A DNA stretch of 64,000 nucleotides. It comes from Candidatus Doudnabacteria bacterium (lineage in GTDB: Bacteria > Patescibacteriota > Doudnabacteria > UBA920). The stretch is taken from positions 3,348 to 67,347 of the forward strand of contig JAHFJJ010000002.1 of assembly GCA_023245895.1 (NCBI GenBank), in the 5' to 3' direction. Positions 25,928-35,364 of the stretch are shown in pieces (positions within the stretch are counted from its first letter, which is position 1; each line of letters begins with the position of its first letter). A program made the translations under genes and the position numbers. The notes under the pieces are model-generated. The model was not told where the DNA came from, searched no databases, and saw only the letters and a program-made list of their open reading frames with translations.

Positions 25928-26644
25928 TTATTGTTTGGGCTCCTCTTTCACCACCGTCTGCGAGCTCCTGCCATGCGCTACGGCTTCCGCAATCACCGTT
26001 GTCATAAGCTCAATGACTTTAGTGGCGTCATCGTTGCAGGGAATGGGGTGGTCAATATTCTCCGGACTACAGTTAGTGTCTACCAGGCCGATTATTTTAA
26101 CTTTGCTCTTTTGGGCTTCTTTGACGGCAATGGCGTCGTGCTTTACGTCTGTAACAAAAATTGCTTCCGGCAATTTTTTCATGTTTTGGATGCCTTCAAA
26201 CAGTTTTTTTAGCTTTTCTATTTCGCGTTCCACCATCAGTCTTTCTTTTTTGGTATAATTTTTTTCCAGCTCGCCCGAGGCTTTCATGCTTTCCAATTTT
26301 TCCATTTTACGGATGGTTTTTTGGATAGTCTTAAAGTTGGTGAAAGTGCCGCCCAGCCAGCGGACGTTCACGTAGGGCATATTGGCGGCAATGGCGGCAT
26401 TTTTTACTATTTCCTTGCTTTGGCGTTTGGTGCCGACGAACAAAAGCGTCCCGCCGCGCGCGGCGAGTTCAGAGGCGAATTTAGCCGCTTTTTCCAAAGC
26501 CTTTTTGGTTTGTTCCAGGTCCAGAATGTGGATGTTGTTCCTGGTGGTAAAAATGAACGGCTTCATTTTGGGGTTCCACCTGGAGGTGGTGTGGCCAAAG
26601 TGCGCGCCGCTTTTGAGCAAATCTAAAAGAGTTATATCTTTCAT
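25928..26644 (-). CDS. rpsB: 30S ribosomal protein S2
   Basis: Has GAHFGHTTSRWNPKM...IHILDL...LFVGTKRQ...VNVRWLGGTFTNF. Confidence 0.92.
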   Translation of the reverse strand: MKDITLLDLLKSGAHFGHTTSRWNPKMKPFIFTTRNNIHILDLEQTKKALEKAAKFASELAARGGTLLFVGTKRQSKEIVKNAAIAANMPYVNVRWLGGTFTNFKTIQKTIRKMEKLESMKASGELEKNYTKKERLMVEREIEKLKKLFEGIQNMKKLPEAIFVTDVKHDAIAVKEAQKSKVKIIGLVDTNCSPENIDHPIPCNDDATKVIELMTTVIAEAVAHGRSSQTVVKEEPKQ

Positions 26645-26902
26645 GATTTATCCTTTTTCTCCCATCCCCTCTTATCGTTTAGAGGCCCTCAAGCCTTTAA
26701 AGGACAGGATAAATATGCGGGGATGTGATAGATTAGTTTATTAACTTGGATATTATATCAGGGGTTGACTTTTTTGGCAAGATTAGCTAAAGTATTAAAG
26801 TTACAATTTATATAAATTTGTTTCTACTGTATTTCAAGATATTTCATTTTTATAAAGAAATAAGTGGAAATACATAGAAATACAGTAGAAATTTACAGAA
26901 TT

Positions 26903-27163
26903 ATGAAGCCTAACATCCATCCCCAATTTAACATGACAGCTACCGTAACCTGCGCCTGCGGGGTCAGTTTTGTTACTGGCTCAACCGCCACAGAATTACA
27001 TACTGAAATTTGCAGCGCTTGCCACCCATTTTATACAGGCAAGCAAAAATTGCTCGACGCCGCCGGCAATGTAGACAAATTCAAAAAGCGCACAGCTACC
27101 GCCACCAGCATTAAGTCCGTGGTTAAGGTTAAAAAAGAACGAAAAGCCAGGACGAAAAAGTAA
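26903..27163 (+). CDS. rpmE: 50S ribosomal protein L31
   Basis: True start MKPNIHPQ, then CACG...[19 protein letters not shown]. The ORF track extends the N-terminus to 26864. Confidence 0.85.
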   Translation: MKPNIHPQFNMTATVTCACGVSFVTGSTATELHTEICSACHPFYTGKQKLLDAAGNVDKFKKRTATATSIKSVVKVKKERKARTKK

Positions 27164-27184
27164 CTATAATAATAACTATAACTT

Positions 27185-27215
27185 AAGCCATCCGTTTAGA
27201 TTATGGGTGGCTTTT
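27185..27215 (+). terminator. rpmE terminator hairpin (aagccatccgtttagattatgggtggctttt)
   Basis: Stem plus T-run immediately after the rpmE stop codon. Confidence 0.55.
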
Positions 27216-27315
27216 GTGTTATCATTAGCGAATAGAGAATAGTGCTTAGTGAATAGGAAAAGGCACGAAACCTTTTATCCTATTCACTATTCTCTAGGCA
27301 CTAAGCACTAATTCA

Positions 27316-28380
27316 ATGGACAAATCTTTTCAAAAACTTATAGACGAATATAACCAGCTGACGGAAGCAATGTCTTCCGGCGGGTCTGTGGATATGGCCA
27401 AGTTGGGGAAGAGGCAGGCGGAACTTCAGCCTATAATATCCAATATCCAATATCTAATATCCAAACAGCAGGAACTGGAAGATAACAAGAAATTGCTGGA
27501 TGACGGTGATGCTGAGATTAAATCTATGGCGCTTGATGAAGGTCGTCGCCTTGAGTCTGAAATCTTAAATCTTAAATCTGAAATCGAGGACGCTCTATTG
27601 CCCAAAGACCCCAATGATGACAAGAACGTTATAGTAGAAATAAGGGCCGGCGCCGGCGGCGACGAAGCCACGCTTTTTGTCGCCGAGATGTTCCGCGCAT
27701 ACGGTAAGTTCGCTGATGAAAACAAATGGAAAGTACATATACTTTCTTCCTCCAAGTCAGATGCCGGCGGCTTTAAGGAAATAATATTTGAAATTTATTC
27801 ATCCAAACTCCCCGGCCCTTACAGCAAGTTTAAATACGAATCCGGCGTGCACCGTGTACAGCGCGTGCCGGAAACGGAAAAAAGCGGCCGCGTGCATACA
27901 TCTACCATTACGGTCGCGGTCTTGCCCGAACTGGGAGAAAAAGATTATGTTATTGCGGACAAGGACTTGAAGATTGAAGCAACTACATCCAGCGGCCACG
28001 GCGGACAGTCGGTTAATACGACTTACTCTGCGATTAGAATCACGCACATTCCTACAGGCATAACTGCCCAATGCCAGGACGAAAGAAGCCAGGCGCAAAA
28101 CCGTGAAAAGGCTTTGGCGGTCATTCGCGCGCGCGTTTTTGCCCACTATGAAGAAATAGAAAATAAAAAAGTGCGCGACCTGACCAAAGGCCAAATTGGC
28201 ACCGGCGACAGGAGCGAAAAAATCCGCACCTACAACTTCCCCCAAGACCGCGTAACCGACCACCGAATAAACGAAAACTTCAACCAAATAAACTTAATTA
28301 TGGAAGGCAAACTGGAAGACATTACTGAAGCCCTGCAAAAAGCAGATTTGCAGGCTAAAAAAGAGGCCTTAAAGAAATAA
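27316..28380 (+). CDS. prfA: peptide chain release factor 1
   Basis: Has the GGQ motif ([11 protein letters not shown]), [18 protein letters not shown] with a PxT-type tripeptide, and GGDEATLF. In-frame short tandem repeats lie near the 5' end. Confidence 0.9.
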   Translation: MDKSFQKLIDEYNQLTEAMSSGGSVDMAKLGKRQAELQPIISNIQYLISKQQELEDNKKLLDDGDAEIKSMALDEGRRLESEILNLKSEIEDALLPKDPNDDKNVIVEIRAGAGGDEATLFVAEMFRAYGKFADENKWKVHILSSSKSDAGGFKEIIFEIYSSKLPGPYSKFKYESGVHRVQRVPETEKSGRVHTSTITVAVLPELGEKDYVIADKDLKIEATTSSGHGGQSVNTTYSAIRITHIPTGITAQCQDERSQAQNREKALAVIRARVFAHYEEIENKKVRDLTKGQIGTGDRSEKIRTYNFPQDRVTDHRINENFNQINLIMEGKLEDITEALQKADLQAKKEALKK

Positions 28381-28420
28381 AACAAATACTATCATACTAC
28401 TGTGTATGATAGTATTTGTT
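28381..28420 (+). terminator. prfA terminator, perfect 17-bp inverted repeat (aacaaatactatcatac / gtatgatagtatttgtt)
   Basis: Lies directly after the prfA stop codon. Confidence 0.7.
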
Positions 28421-28504
28421 GAGTCTAGTGGTAATCAAAGGGTGTTAAAAAAAATAATACCGCACTTGGCCTTGCAACCAAGTGCGGTAAAAGAAACAGC
28501 AGGG

Positions 28505-28792
28505 CTATTTCTTTTTTTGCTTGAAGAGCTTGATGGAAGTAGCGAAGCCATCGGGGGTTGTGTTAGTGACACTGTACTTTACCTGGTAAAACTCTACAGT
28601 CCCCCACCCCTGCTTTTGGTATACATCCCTTAGCCAATTTTCTGCCCAAGGTTGGATGTCTCGACCGAGGCAAATATCTGCTTCCCCCTTTTCCACATCC
28701 GCTTTTAGGATTAGCTCTTCGTCGATGTGCATGCCAATCTGTTCCAATATTTCTTTGCGCTTTGTCTCAATGTCATTGATTGAATGCGGCAT
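28505..28792 (-). CDS. hypothetical protein (95 aa)
   Basis: Clean ORF with no recognisable motif. Confidence 0.45.
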   Translation of the reverse strand: MPHSINDIETKRKEILEQIGMHIDEELILKADVEKGEADICLGRDIQPWAENWLRDVYQKQGWGTVEFYQVKYSVTNTTPDGFATSIKLFKQKKK

Positions 28793-28895
28793 TTAATTCC
28801 TCCAATTTGTGTGTAAGTATGCTGACCGGTAAGTATCGCGTATTTATTAAAAAATGTCAATAATACTAACTCTAAAAGGAGCTTAGAAAATAAAG

Positions 28896-29366
28896 ATGCT
28901 TACAATTAAGGACGCCCGTATTCTTGCTGAACAAATAAAAGAAAAAAGCCCAAAAGTTAATAGCGTTGAGCTTTTTGGAAGTGTGCTAAGAAACGGACAA
29001 GGCCATGATGTTGATTTTATTTTAGTTGTTGATGACGAGCTGTCCCGCCAATTCTGGCTGGATATGCCTAATTTTCGGGTAACCGGCGGCCGGCGCTGGC
29101 TAATGTTCCGGCGGGTAATTAAAAAATTATTGCCTTGGCTCATGGAAGCTTTTGACCACAAAAGCAAGCAAGCGCGGCAGTTGAGAGCGTCAAGATTAGT
29201 CGGTATTAATCTGGCGGAGTTGAGTAAGCAATACAAGCCTGACGCGTCGATTGATGTTTTGCTTATGCCGCATCATTGGCAGTCCCAGATACATAAAATT
29301 ACATCTGACCGTAATATTGCCATGTTTTTCCAGCGCATAGCCGATTCGTCCGTAAAACTTTTGTAG
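28896..29366 (+). CDS. nucleotidyltransferase-domain protein (Pol-beta superfamily NTase)
   Basis: ELFGSVLRNGQGHDVDFILVVDD matches the GS-x(n)-D-x-D minimal NTase motif. Confidence 0.65.
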   Translation: MLTIKDARILAEQIKEKSPKVNSVELFGSVLRNGQGHDVDFILVVDDELSRQFWLDMPNFRVTGGRRWLMFRRVIKKLLPWLMEAFDHKSKQARQLRASRLVGINLAELSKQYKPDASIDVLLMPHHWQSQIHKITSDRNIAMFFQRIADSSVKLL

Positions 29367-29454
29367 TAATAAAGTTAAATAAGATTTAAAAAAAAAGAGA
29401 ACGGGGCATAAGTGTCCCGCTCTCAAAGTGGAATCTAAAGCATTGGCGCTGTGC

Positions 29455-29799
29455 TTACGATAACCGGACGAGTAAGTTTGTAACTTCTCGTATTTGGTCT
29501 TCGGTGAGCCTTATTGAGCCAATTACGCCCTCGCCCTGGATTTGCATAACGGTCTCACTTTCTTCCCAGGGCTGAGTTAGGGGCTTTGCCTTTCTGAGTC
29601 TCTCAGAAACCAGAGGCCCGGCAACATCGTGTACTGAAAATGCGTTGGTCATATCTACCAGCACGCGGCCTAGGCGAGCGTTTGGTATGGTTAAATGCTC
29701 CATTACTCCAAAGTTGTCGCATGAAATTGTCCAGAACGAGCCGCATTTTCGGATTTCCAGCCTGGGCTTAACCATCACGATTTCGTATTCAGTCTTCAT
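29455..29799 (-). CDS. hypothetical protein (114 aa)
   Basis: ORF with no recognisable motif. Confidence 0.45.
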   Translation of the reverse strand: MKTEYEIVMVKPRLEIRKCGSFWTISCDNFGVMEHLTIPNARLGRVLVDMTNAFSVHDVAGPLVSERLRKAKPLTQPWEESETVMQIQGEGVIGSIRLTEDQIREVTNLLVRLS

Positions 29800-29842
29800 G
29801 AACCCTCCAATAGAATGCTTTTAAGCTATAGTTATTTATATA

Positions 29843-30721
29843 TTGTGTCAAGTTCTTGATGTGGAATCAACAATGACCATAGAACAAATCTTAAAAAAAT
29901 ACCGCACGATTGAAATTGAGCTGCTTTTATTGCATGCCCTTGGAAAGCCCAAGGAGTTTTTATATATACATCCGGAAACAAAATTAACCATACTGCAATA
30001 CAAGAAAGTATTGCAGTATGTAAAAAGAAGGCAAAAGGGCGAGCCGATGGCTTATATTTTGGGGTATAAGGATTTTTATGGGTTGAGGTTTAAGGTGAAT
30101 AATCATGTATTAATCCCCCGGCCGGAGACGGAGATGATAGTTGATGCCGTAGTGCAGGCCCTAGGCCTGCTTCATAAGCCAGAAAAGCAGGCCACGGGCC
30201 CGCACTACAATCGTAAAATCAGGATTCTTGATGTTGGTACCGGTAGCGGTTGCATAGCAATCAGTTTGGCGAAAAATTTGAAAGCTGATTTATATGCATC
30301 TGATGTTTCAAAAAAGGCGTTATCAATTGCCAAGCAAAATGCCAGCCAGCATCACGTTAAAATTAAGTTTATAAAGAGTGATTTGCTGAAAAATATCAAT
30401 GGTGACTTCGACATAATAACTGCTAATCTTCCCTATGGCTGGCATGGGGTGAAAAACAGGTTTTCTTCGGTAAAAGATGGGTTAAAATTTGAACCGCAAA
30501 GTGCTTTATACACACAAGAAAAGGGCTTGATGGAAATAAGGCGTTTGCTGGAGCAAATTTCCTCCAGGGAATACCAGCCAAAATTTGTATATTTGGAATT
30601 TGACCCTAGGCAAAAGAAAGATTTGCAAAAGTTGATAAAAAAATATTTGCCATCCTCGAATATTGGATTCCATCGCGATTTAAACAATTTTTGGCGCTGT
30701 GCGGAAGTCGAAATCGTATAA
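29843..30721 (+). CDS. prmC: release-factor glutamine N5-methyltransferase (HemK/PrmC family)
   Basis: Has VLIPRPETE, ILDVGTGSGCIAI and an NLPY variant of NPPY. It lies near prfA, as is common. Confidence 0.8.
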   Translation: MCQVLDVESTMTIEQILKKYRTIEIELLLLHALGKPKEFLYIHPETKLTILQYKKVLQYVKRRQKGEPMAYILGYKDFYGLRFKVNNHVLIPRPETEMIVDAVVQALGLLHKPEKQATGPHYNRKIRILDVGTGSGCIAISLAKNLKADLYASDVSKKALSIAKQNASQHHVKIKFIKSDLLKNINGDFDIITANLPYGWHGVKNRFSSVKDGLKFEPQSALYTQEKGLMEIRRLLEQISSREYQPKFVYLEFDPRQKKDLQKLIKKYLPSSNIGFHRDLNNFWRCAEVEIV

Positions 30722-30733
30722 ATTAATAAAAAA

Positions 30734-30762
30734 GTGAACGCGGTAGCTCCTGCCGCGTTCAC
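30734..30762. terminator. convergent terminator hairpin (gtgaacgcggtagctcctgccgcgttcac)
   Basis: 9-bp GC-rich stem between the ends of prmC (+) and the TonB-like gene (-). Confidence 0.6.
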
Positions 30763-30778
30763 CTTATTCAATTTGCGG

Positions 30779-31219
30779 CTAGTCTTTGGCCGCGGAACTG
30801 CTTGGTACTGCCAATGGCCGCTGAGAAGTAATTGTAAGCGTCCCATTTTTGGGCGTGAACTTTTGCTTTTCTTTTGGCCGGTTTGTCGAAGCATTGGCGA
30901 CGCCTTCAATGCTAAAAATGAATATGGCGGCGTATTCCCCTGTTTGTTTTTTGGGGAATTTCCACAAGCTCGCGTGTTCTTCTGCTGCTGAGAGCAGCAT
31001 TGGCGGCCCAGATTTAGGAACAACTCCGGTAACCTTGCCGTCTTCAACAGTTAGCGAGAGGGTCACGCTCCCTTCAATCCCCGCGGCTTGCGCAAGCCTT
31101 GGGTAGGCCAAGGCCGGCATTGATTTGGCGAGCGGCGAGAGCAGTTGGTTTCTGTTGCTGGCGGCGCAGGACGCAAGGACTAAAAGCAGCAACAGTGAAA
31201 TTGATGCGGTACTCTTCAT
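30779..31219 (-). CDS. lipoprotein with a TonB C-terminal-like domain
   Basis: Signal peptide with lipobox LASC, then PAYPRLAQAAGIEGSVTLSLTVEDGKVTGV resembling the TonB_C fold. The local GC content is elevated. Confidence 0.55.
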   Translation of the reverse strand: MKSTASISLLLLLVLASCAASNRNQLLSPLAKSMPALAYPRLAQAAGIEGSVTLSLTVEDGKVTGVVPKSGPPMLLSAAEEHASLWKFPKKQTGEYAAIFIFSIEGVANASTNRPKEKQKFTPKNGTLTITSQRPLAVPSSSAAKD

Positions 31220-31301
31220 GGTTTCCTCCTGCCTTTAGCATAGCATTAAAACTATGCAACAAAAAAGCCCCCGTTTTTGGAGGGGGCTTTTAGAATTTAA
31301 A

Positions 31302-31997
31302 CTACTTCTTTTCTTCTCCGCCTTTGGCGGGTTTTTCACTTTTATCATCAGCGCCAGTTTCGGCTTCAGGCTTATCTTCGGCCGCGCCTTCTACCTTGCT
31401 TACGTCTTCAACAACCGGAGTAGCAAGTTCAGCTTCAACGTCGCGGGGGGGCTGGACTTTGGCTATCATTTCATCCGCAGGGGTTAAAATTTTAACCTTA
31501 GCCGGTAGATTCAGGTCCTTAACGTGGATTGAATCCTGCAAAGTCTTTAAGCCTTCCAGGCTAACAACAATGTTGTGCGGCAAGTCTGCTGGTAAACATT
31601 CAACTTCAACTTCATTTAAGACTTTGACCAAAACTCCGCCCATAGTTTTAACGGCAGAAGATTCACCTGTGAATTCCAAAGCCACTTTGGCTTTGAGCTT
31701 CTCGGTCATGCTGACTACATAAAAGTCTACGTGGGTCGGCGCGCTGGTTAAGTAATGGATTTGTACATCATGGATTAAAACAGGATGGGTTTTGCCGTCG
31801 CCTGTTACTAATTCAACAATTGTGCTTTCACCCGCTTTTTTTAAAATTTTATCAAACTCCCTGGCGTTAACGGTTAACGCGGTATTTTGGATTTTATGGC
31901 CGTACAAAACCGCCGGCAGCAAGCCTGCCTTGCGCAGTTTTTGCGGTGTGGTTGCCTTTAAATCCCTAACTTCAGCTTTGAGCTGTAATTTTTCCAT
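31302..31997 (-). CDS. rplY: 50S ribosomal protein L25 / general stress protein Ctc
   Basis: Has LPAVLYG...VNAREF...PVLIHDVQIH and an acidic or Lys-rich C-terminal extension. Confidence 0.85.
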   Translation of the reverse strand: MEKLQLKAEVRDLKATTPQKLRKAGLLPAVLYGHKIQNTALTVNAREFDKILKKAGESTIVELVTGDGKTHPVLIHDVQIHYLTSAPTHVDFYVVSMTEKLKAKVALEFTGESSAVKTMGGVLVKVLNEVEVECLPADLPHNIVVSLEGLKTLQDSIHVKDLNLPAKVKILTPADEMIAKVQPPRDVEAELATPVVEDVSKVEGAAEDKPEAETGADDKSEKPAKGGEEKK

Positions 31998-32231
31998 TCT
32001 TTTCCTTTATGATGATCGCGCCCATTCCCTTCGACTACGCTCAAGGTACTCACGCGGTCTTAAAAATTTGTCTTGATGATTATATCAAAAGGCCCGGACT
32101 TTGTCCAGGCTTTTGTCGTAGTCATTCAGCAATCAGCCTCAGATATCAACCGCCTGTAGCCGTGGCTTGACTTTTTAGGTGAGGTGTGTTATCGTTTTTA
32201 GTTCAAATGGACAAAATATTGAGGAGGGTAA

Positions 32232-32627
32232 ATGGAATTTAATGCGAAGATGGCAATTCAGAACTACGAGGCCTACTTAAAGGCCTTGGGCGAAAAAAGG
32301 GCAGATATTGACCGAAGGGTTGGTATGCTTGCCAACTTTTTGAGCCCCGATGACATCAAAGAAGCACGAGAGTTCATGTCAGACTCCCGGTGCGGCTGGG
32401 AAATTTACGTCAACAACACCGGCCAGCCATATGTGGTGGGCGTGACTTTCAAGGTAAGAGGAGCGAGCGAAACCGGGTACGTCTATGATTCCTCAATGGG
32501 ATCGGCTGAAAGCATGGAGAACCGGTTTGTGGCCGAAGTCCACAAGCGTCTTGAATTCCTCATCCAGTCAGCAGTTAAAGTTTGGCCCTTTCTGCCAAAA
32601 AAGTGGAAAGAATTTATGGAGGCATAA
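32232..32627 (+). CDS. hypothetical protein (131 aa)
   Basis: ORF preceded by TTGACT-17-TATCGT and GAGGAGGG. Confidence 0.5.
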   Translation: MEFNAKMAIQNYEAYLKALGEKRADIDRRVGMLANFLSPDDIKEAREFMSDSRCGWEIYVNNTGQPYVVGVTFKVRGASETGYVYDSSMGSAESMENRFVAEVHKRLEFLIQSAVKVWPFLPKKWKEFMEA

Positions 32628-32730
32628 CGGCCAGCCACAGGCGCCGGCCCCAACGAACCATAAAAAACAACCCCGCACTTCAGGCATTTGCTTGGACGCG
32701 GGGTTTATTTTATTGTGTATAAGATAATAA

Positions 32731-33099
32731 TTATTTTTTAGTAAAACTAGACACAAAATCGCCTTGAAACTCTTTTAACGCTTCGTGGATGCCTAAAATG
32801 TCATTGGCTTTAATGGGGCCCAGCTGGTTGAATTTTTGGCTGTCTACGCCGGTGAGGTCGGTTACCATGCCCACGCTAAAGACTTCCGGGCCTTTAATTT
32901 CAACGTTGAACATTACCGAGCTTTTGCATTTTGTGCAGTCGGAGTGGATAAGCACCCAGGCTTCGTTATAGGCCTCATCCTGTTCGCTGTCTACTATTCT
33001 GGTCTTTTCCAGATTGTACTTATGCCCGCAGACCGGACATTTTAAAATAAACCCCAGCCATTCAATAACTTTTTTAATATCAAAATTTTTCATAAACAA
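32731..33099 (-). CDS. hypothetical zinc-ribbon protein (CPVCG ... C-x2-C)
   Basis: 122 aa with four Cys arranged as two CxxC pairs. Confidence 0.5.
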   Translation of the reverse strand: MFMKNFDIKKVIEWLGFILKCPVCGHKYNLEKTRIVDSEQDEAYNEAWVLIHSDCTKCKSSVMFNVEIKGPEVFSVGMVTDLTGVDSQKFNQLGPIKANDILGIHEALKEFQGDFVSSFTKK

Positions 33100-33224
33100 A
33101 TGAGTAGATACTAATATACTAATTTATGCGAATGATACCAATAATACTAATGCGCGATTATAGAATTCGTATTATTGGTATCATTAGTATCCAGATTAGT
33201 ATATTCGTATCATAACACGTCTGT

Positions 33225-34325
33225 TTAAAACCGCAAAGCTTTGGATTGGGTGGCTACGTTTTGGACTATGCCTAAGACAATAAGGCTGACAACCAGGGAA
33301 CTGCCGCCGGCCGAAGCAAAAGGCAAAGGTATGCCTGTAACCGGCAGAAGGCCAACATTCATGGCTATATTAATCAAAACGTGGAAGAAGAAAAAAAATA
33401 GCGCACCGCCGGCTATGTACATGCCTAAGTCGTCTTTAGCCGCGCGCATAATTTTGGAAATCCTGAACATTAAAAAGAAATAAAGCGCCAGCAGGCCAAA
33501 GGAGCCTAAAAACCCCACTTCTTCACTGCCGGCGGCGAAAATAAAATCTGTCTGCCTTTCAGGCAGGAATTTTCTCTGGCTTTGCACGCCTTTGCCCAAA
33601 CCCATGCCGGCAAACTGCCCACTGCCCACGGCAATGGTTGCCTGCCTTACGTTGTATCCCCTGCCCTTGGGGTCCAGGCCCGGGTTTAAAAAGACCAGCA
33701 CCCGGTCTTTTTGGAAATCTTTTAGCACAAATTTCCAGGTCACACCCGCCCCGGCAAGGAAAATTAAAAATAGAATGATGAGGAATTTTTTCTTTATCGG
33801 GCTTAAAAGTATTACTCCCAGCCAAATGCTTAAAATAATAATCGCCGACCCCAAGTCCGGCTCAATAACAATAAGTCCGGCAGGCAGGGCAGTATAAACA
33901 AAAGACCAAATAATAGTCGGCCAGGAATTTATTTGCCCCCTTTTAATATAGAGCAGGCGCGCCAGGCCTAAAATGACCACAACTTTGGCAAATTCCGCGG
34001 GCTGGAAGCGGAAGATTGAAAAATCTATCCAGCGGCTGCTGCCCCGAATTAGCGATCCGAAAAACGGAAGGTATAAAAGCAGTACTATAAAAATTGGGTA
34101 AATAACCCGGTTGAGTTTAGCCAGGCTGTGGTAATTAAAGACGCTAAAAAAAAAGAAAGCACTTAAGCCAATAAGCAAAAAAAACACTTGCCGGAAAAAA
34201 ACGCCGGAACTTCCGTCAGAAAGCGTTGTGGCGTATAAAATAGCCAGACCTCCGGCGGCCAAAAGCAGTGTGGCGGCCAAAAGCGGCTGGTCAGAATATT
34301 TAAAGCGGGAAAGGAAAGAGAGCAT
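33225..34325 (-). CDS. SEDS-family peptidoglycan glycosyltransferase (RodA/FtsW)
   Basis: About 10 TM helices with PDLGSAIIIL, FIFAAGSEEVGFLGS and GIPLPFASAGGSS. Confidence 0.85.
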   Translation of the reverse strand: MLSFLSRFKYSDQPLLAATLLLAAGGLAILYATTLSDGSSGVFFRQVFFLLIGLSAFFFFSVFNYHSLAKLNRVIYPIFIVLLLYLPFFGSLIRGSSRWIDFSIFRFQPAEFAKVVVILGLARLLYIKRGQINSWPTIIWSFVYTALPAGLIVIEPDLGSAIIILSIWLGVILLSPIKKKFLIILFLIFLAGAGVTWKFVLKDFQKDRVLVFLNPGLDPKGRGYNVRQATIAVGSGQFAGMGLGKGVQSQRKFLPERQTDFIFAAGSEEVGFLGSFGLLALYFFLMFRISKIMRAAKDDLGMYIAGGALFFFFFHVLINIAMNVGLLPVTGIPLPFASAGGSSLVVSLIVLGIVQNVATQSKALRF

Positions 34326-34336
34326 GGTAGTAATCG

Positions 34337-34413
34337 CAAATATACAAATTTTAACAAATATACAAATCTTCGGAACTTCAGTATTTGTATATTTGTGTTG
34401 ATTTGTATATTTG
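34337..34413. repeat. palindromic repeat array: two direct caaatatacaaat copies, then two inverted atttgtatatttg copies
   Basis: The same architecture recurs at 35365..35467. The two arrays bracket the CDS at 34420..35280. Confidence 0.65.
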
Positions 34414-34419
34414 GGAGCA

Positions 34420-35280
34420 CTACCTTCCCAAGTCTCCCGCGTTTCCCGAAGGGGCCGACGCGGCTGACAGGTTAAGAGGGTCTAAAACATTAGTGTCCGC
34501 GCGGACTTCAAGGCGGTCGAAATCGGTCGGCTCAAAACCCGGCCAGAGCTGTTTGTAGGCCCTGCGTTCAGAAGGGGCAAGGGAAAACTCTTCCCGCTGG
34601 CTGGAGCCGATAATATGGTTTTGCGAGTCAAAAAGCACAAAGGTTATGCGGGCCTGCTTTATGGCGTAAGGGCTTTGGTTGGTAATACTGCCTTCCGCAA
34701 TTAATGCCTGCGGCGAGGCTTGCTGGTATATTGTTGGCGCCAGCGCCAGAAGCTGGACTTTGGGCAGGCTTAGCCGTTTTTGCCAGGTTGGGCCGTCCGG
34801 CAGCTGGAAGTCGCTGTAAATAATCGGCACGGCCGACGAAAAGCGCGGCGCAATAACATATTTGCTTTGGTCTGGGAGAAGGAATAGCTTTTCGGAATAG
34901 CTGTAAACCAGTTCTTTTTGTGAATTGTAAAAATTAAATTTGTAAGGGGCATTTTTAAAAGAAAGGTCTAAGTTTGGGTTGGTAACCAGTACCACCGCGG
35001 AATACGCCCCTGTCCCCTGCTGGGTCAGATATACATCGGAAATTTTTAAAGGCTGGGGGTTGGTAAAACTGGTTTTGGCCGTTATGCCCGCCTGTTTTTT
35101 GTAGGTGTTAAAGTAAATGGCTTGGGCAGAGTATTTGGCAATAAAGTAAGCAGGTACAACCGCGATTAAAATAACAAGCGTCACTATTTTATATCCGCGG
35201 GGAAAACTGTTAAAAGCCCGCTGGGTTTCAAGCTCGGTTTCTTCAATTTTAATTTCTATTTTATCTTTTAAAAATGACAT
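34420..35280 (-). CDS. hypothetical membrane-anchored protein (286 aa)
   Basis: One N-terminal TM helix (IVTLVILIAVVPAYFIA). It is flanked on both sides by the caaatatacaaat palindromic arrays. Confidence 0.55.
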   Translation of the reverse strand: MSFLKDKIEIKIEETELETQRAFNSFPRGYKIVTLVILIAVVPAYFIAKYSAQAIYFNTYKKQAGITAKTSFTNPQPLKISDVYLTQQGTGAYSAVVLVTNPNLDLSFKNAPYKFNFYNSQKELVYSYSEKLFLLPDQSKYVIAPRFSSAVPIIYSDFQLPDGPTWQKRLSLPKVQLLALAPTIYQQASPQALIAEGSITNQSPYAIKQARITFVLFDSQNHIIGSSQREEFSLAPSERRAYKQLWPGFEPTDFDRLEVRADTNVLDPLNLSAASAPSGNAGDLGR

Positions 35281-35364
35281 AGCCGGATGGAATTTTGTTT
35301 ATATATTGGCTATTTTTAGTATAGCAAAATATGGAGGTTTTTGGTACTATGAGAGTAGGGTTCC

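Noticed and set aside
30433-31106. Alternative ORFs 30433..31047 (-), 30734..30991 (+) and 30849..31106 (+) overlapping prmC or the TonB-like gene.
   Set aside because: They conflict with the better-supported prmC and the lipoprotein frame, which has a signal peptide and a domain motif.
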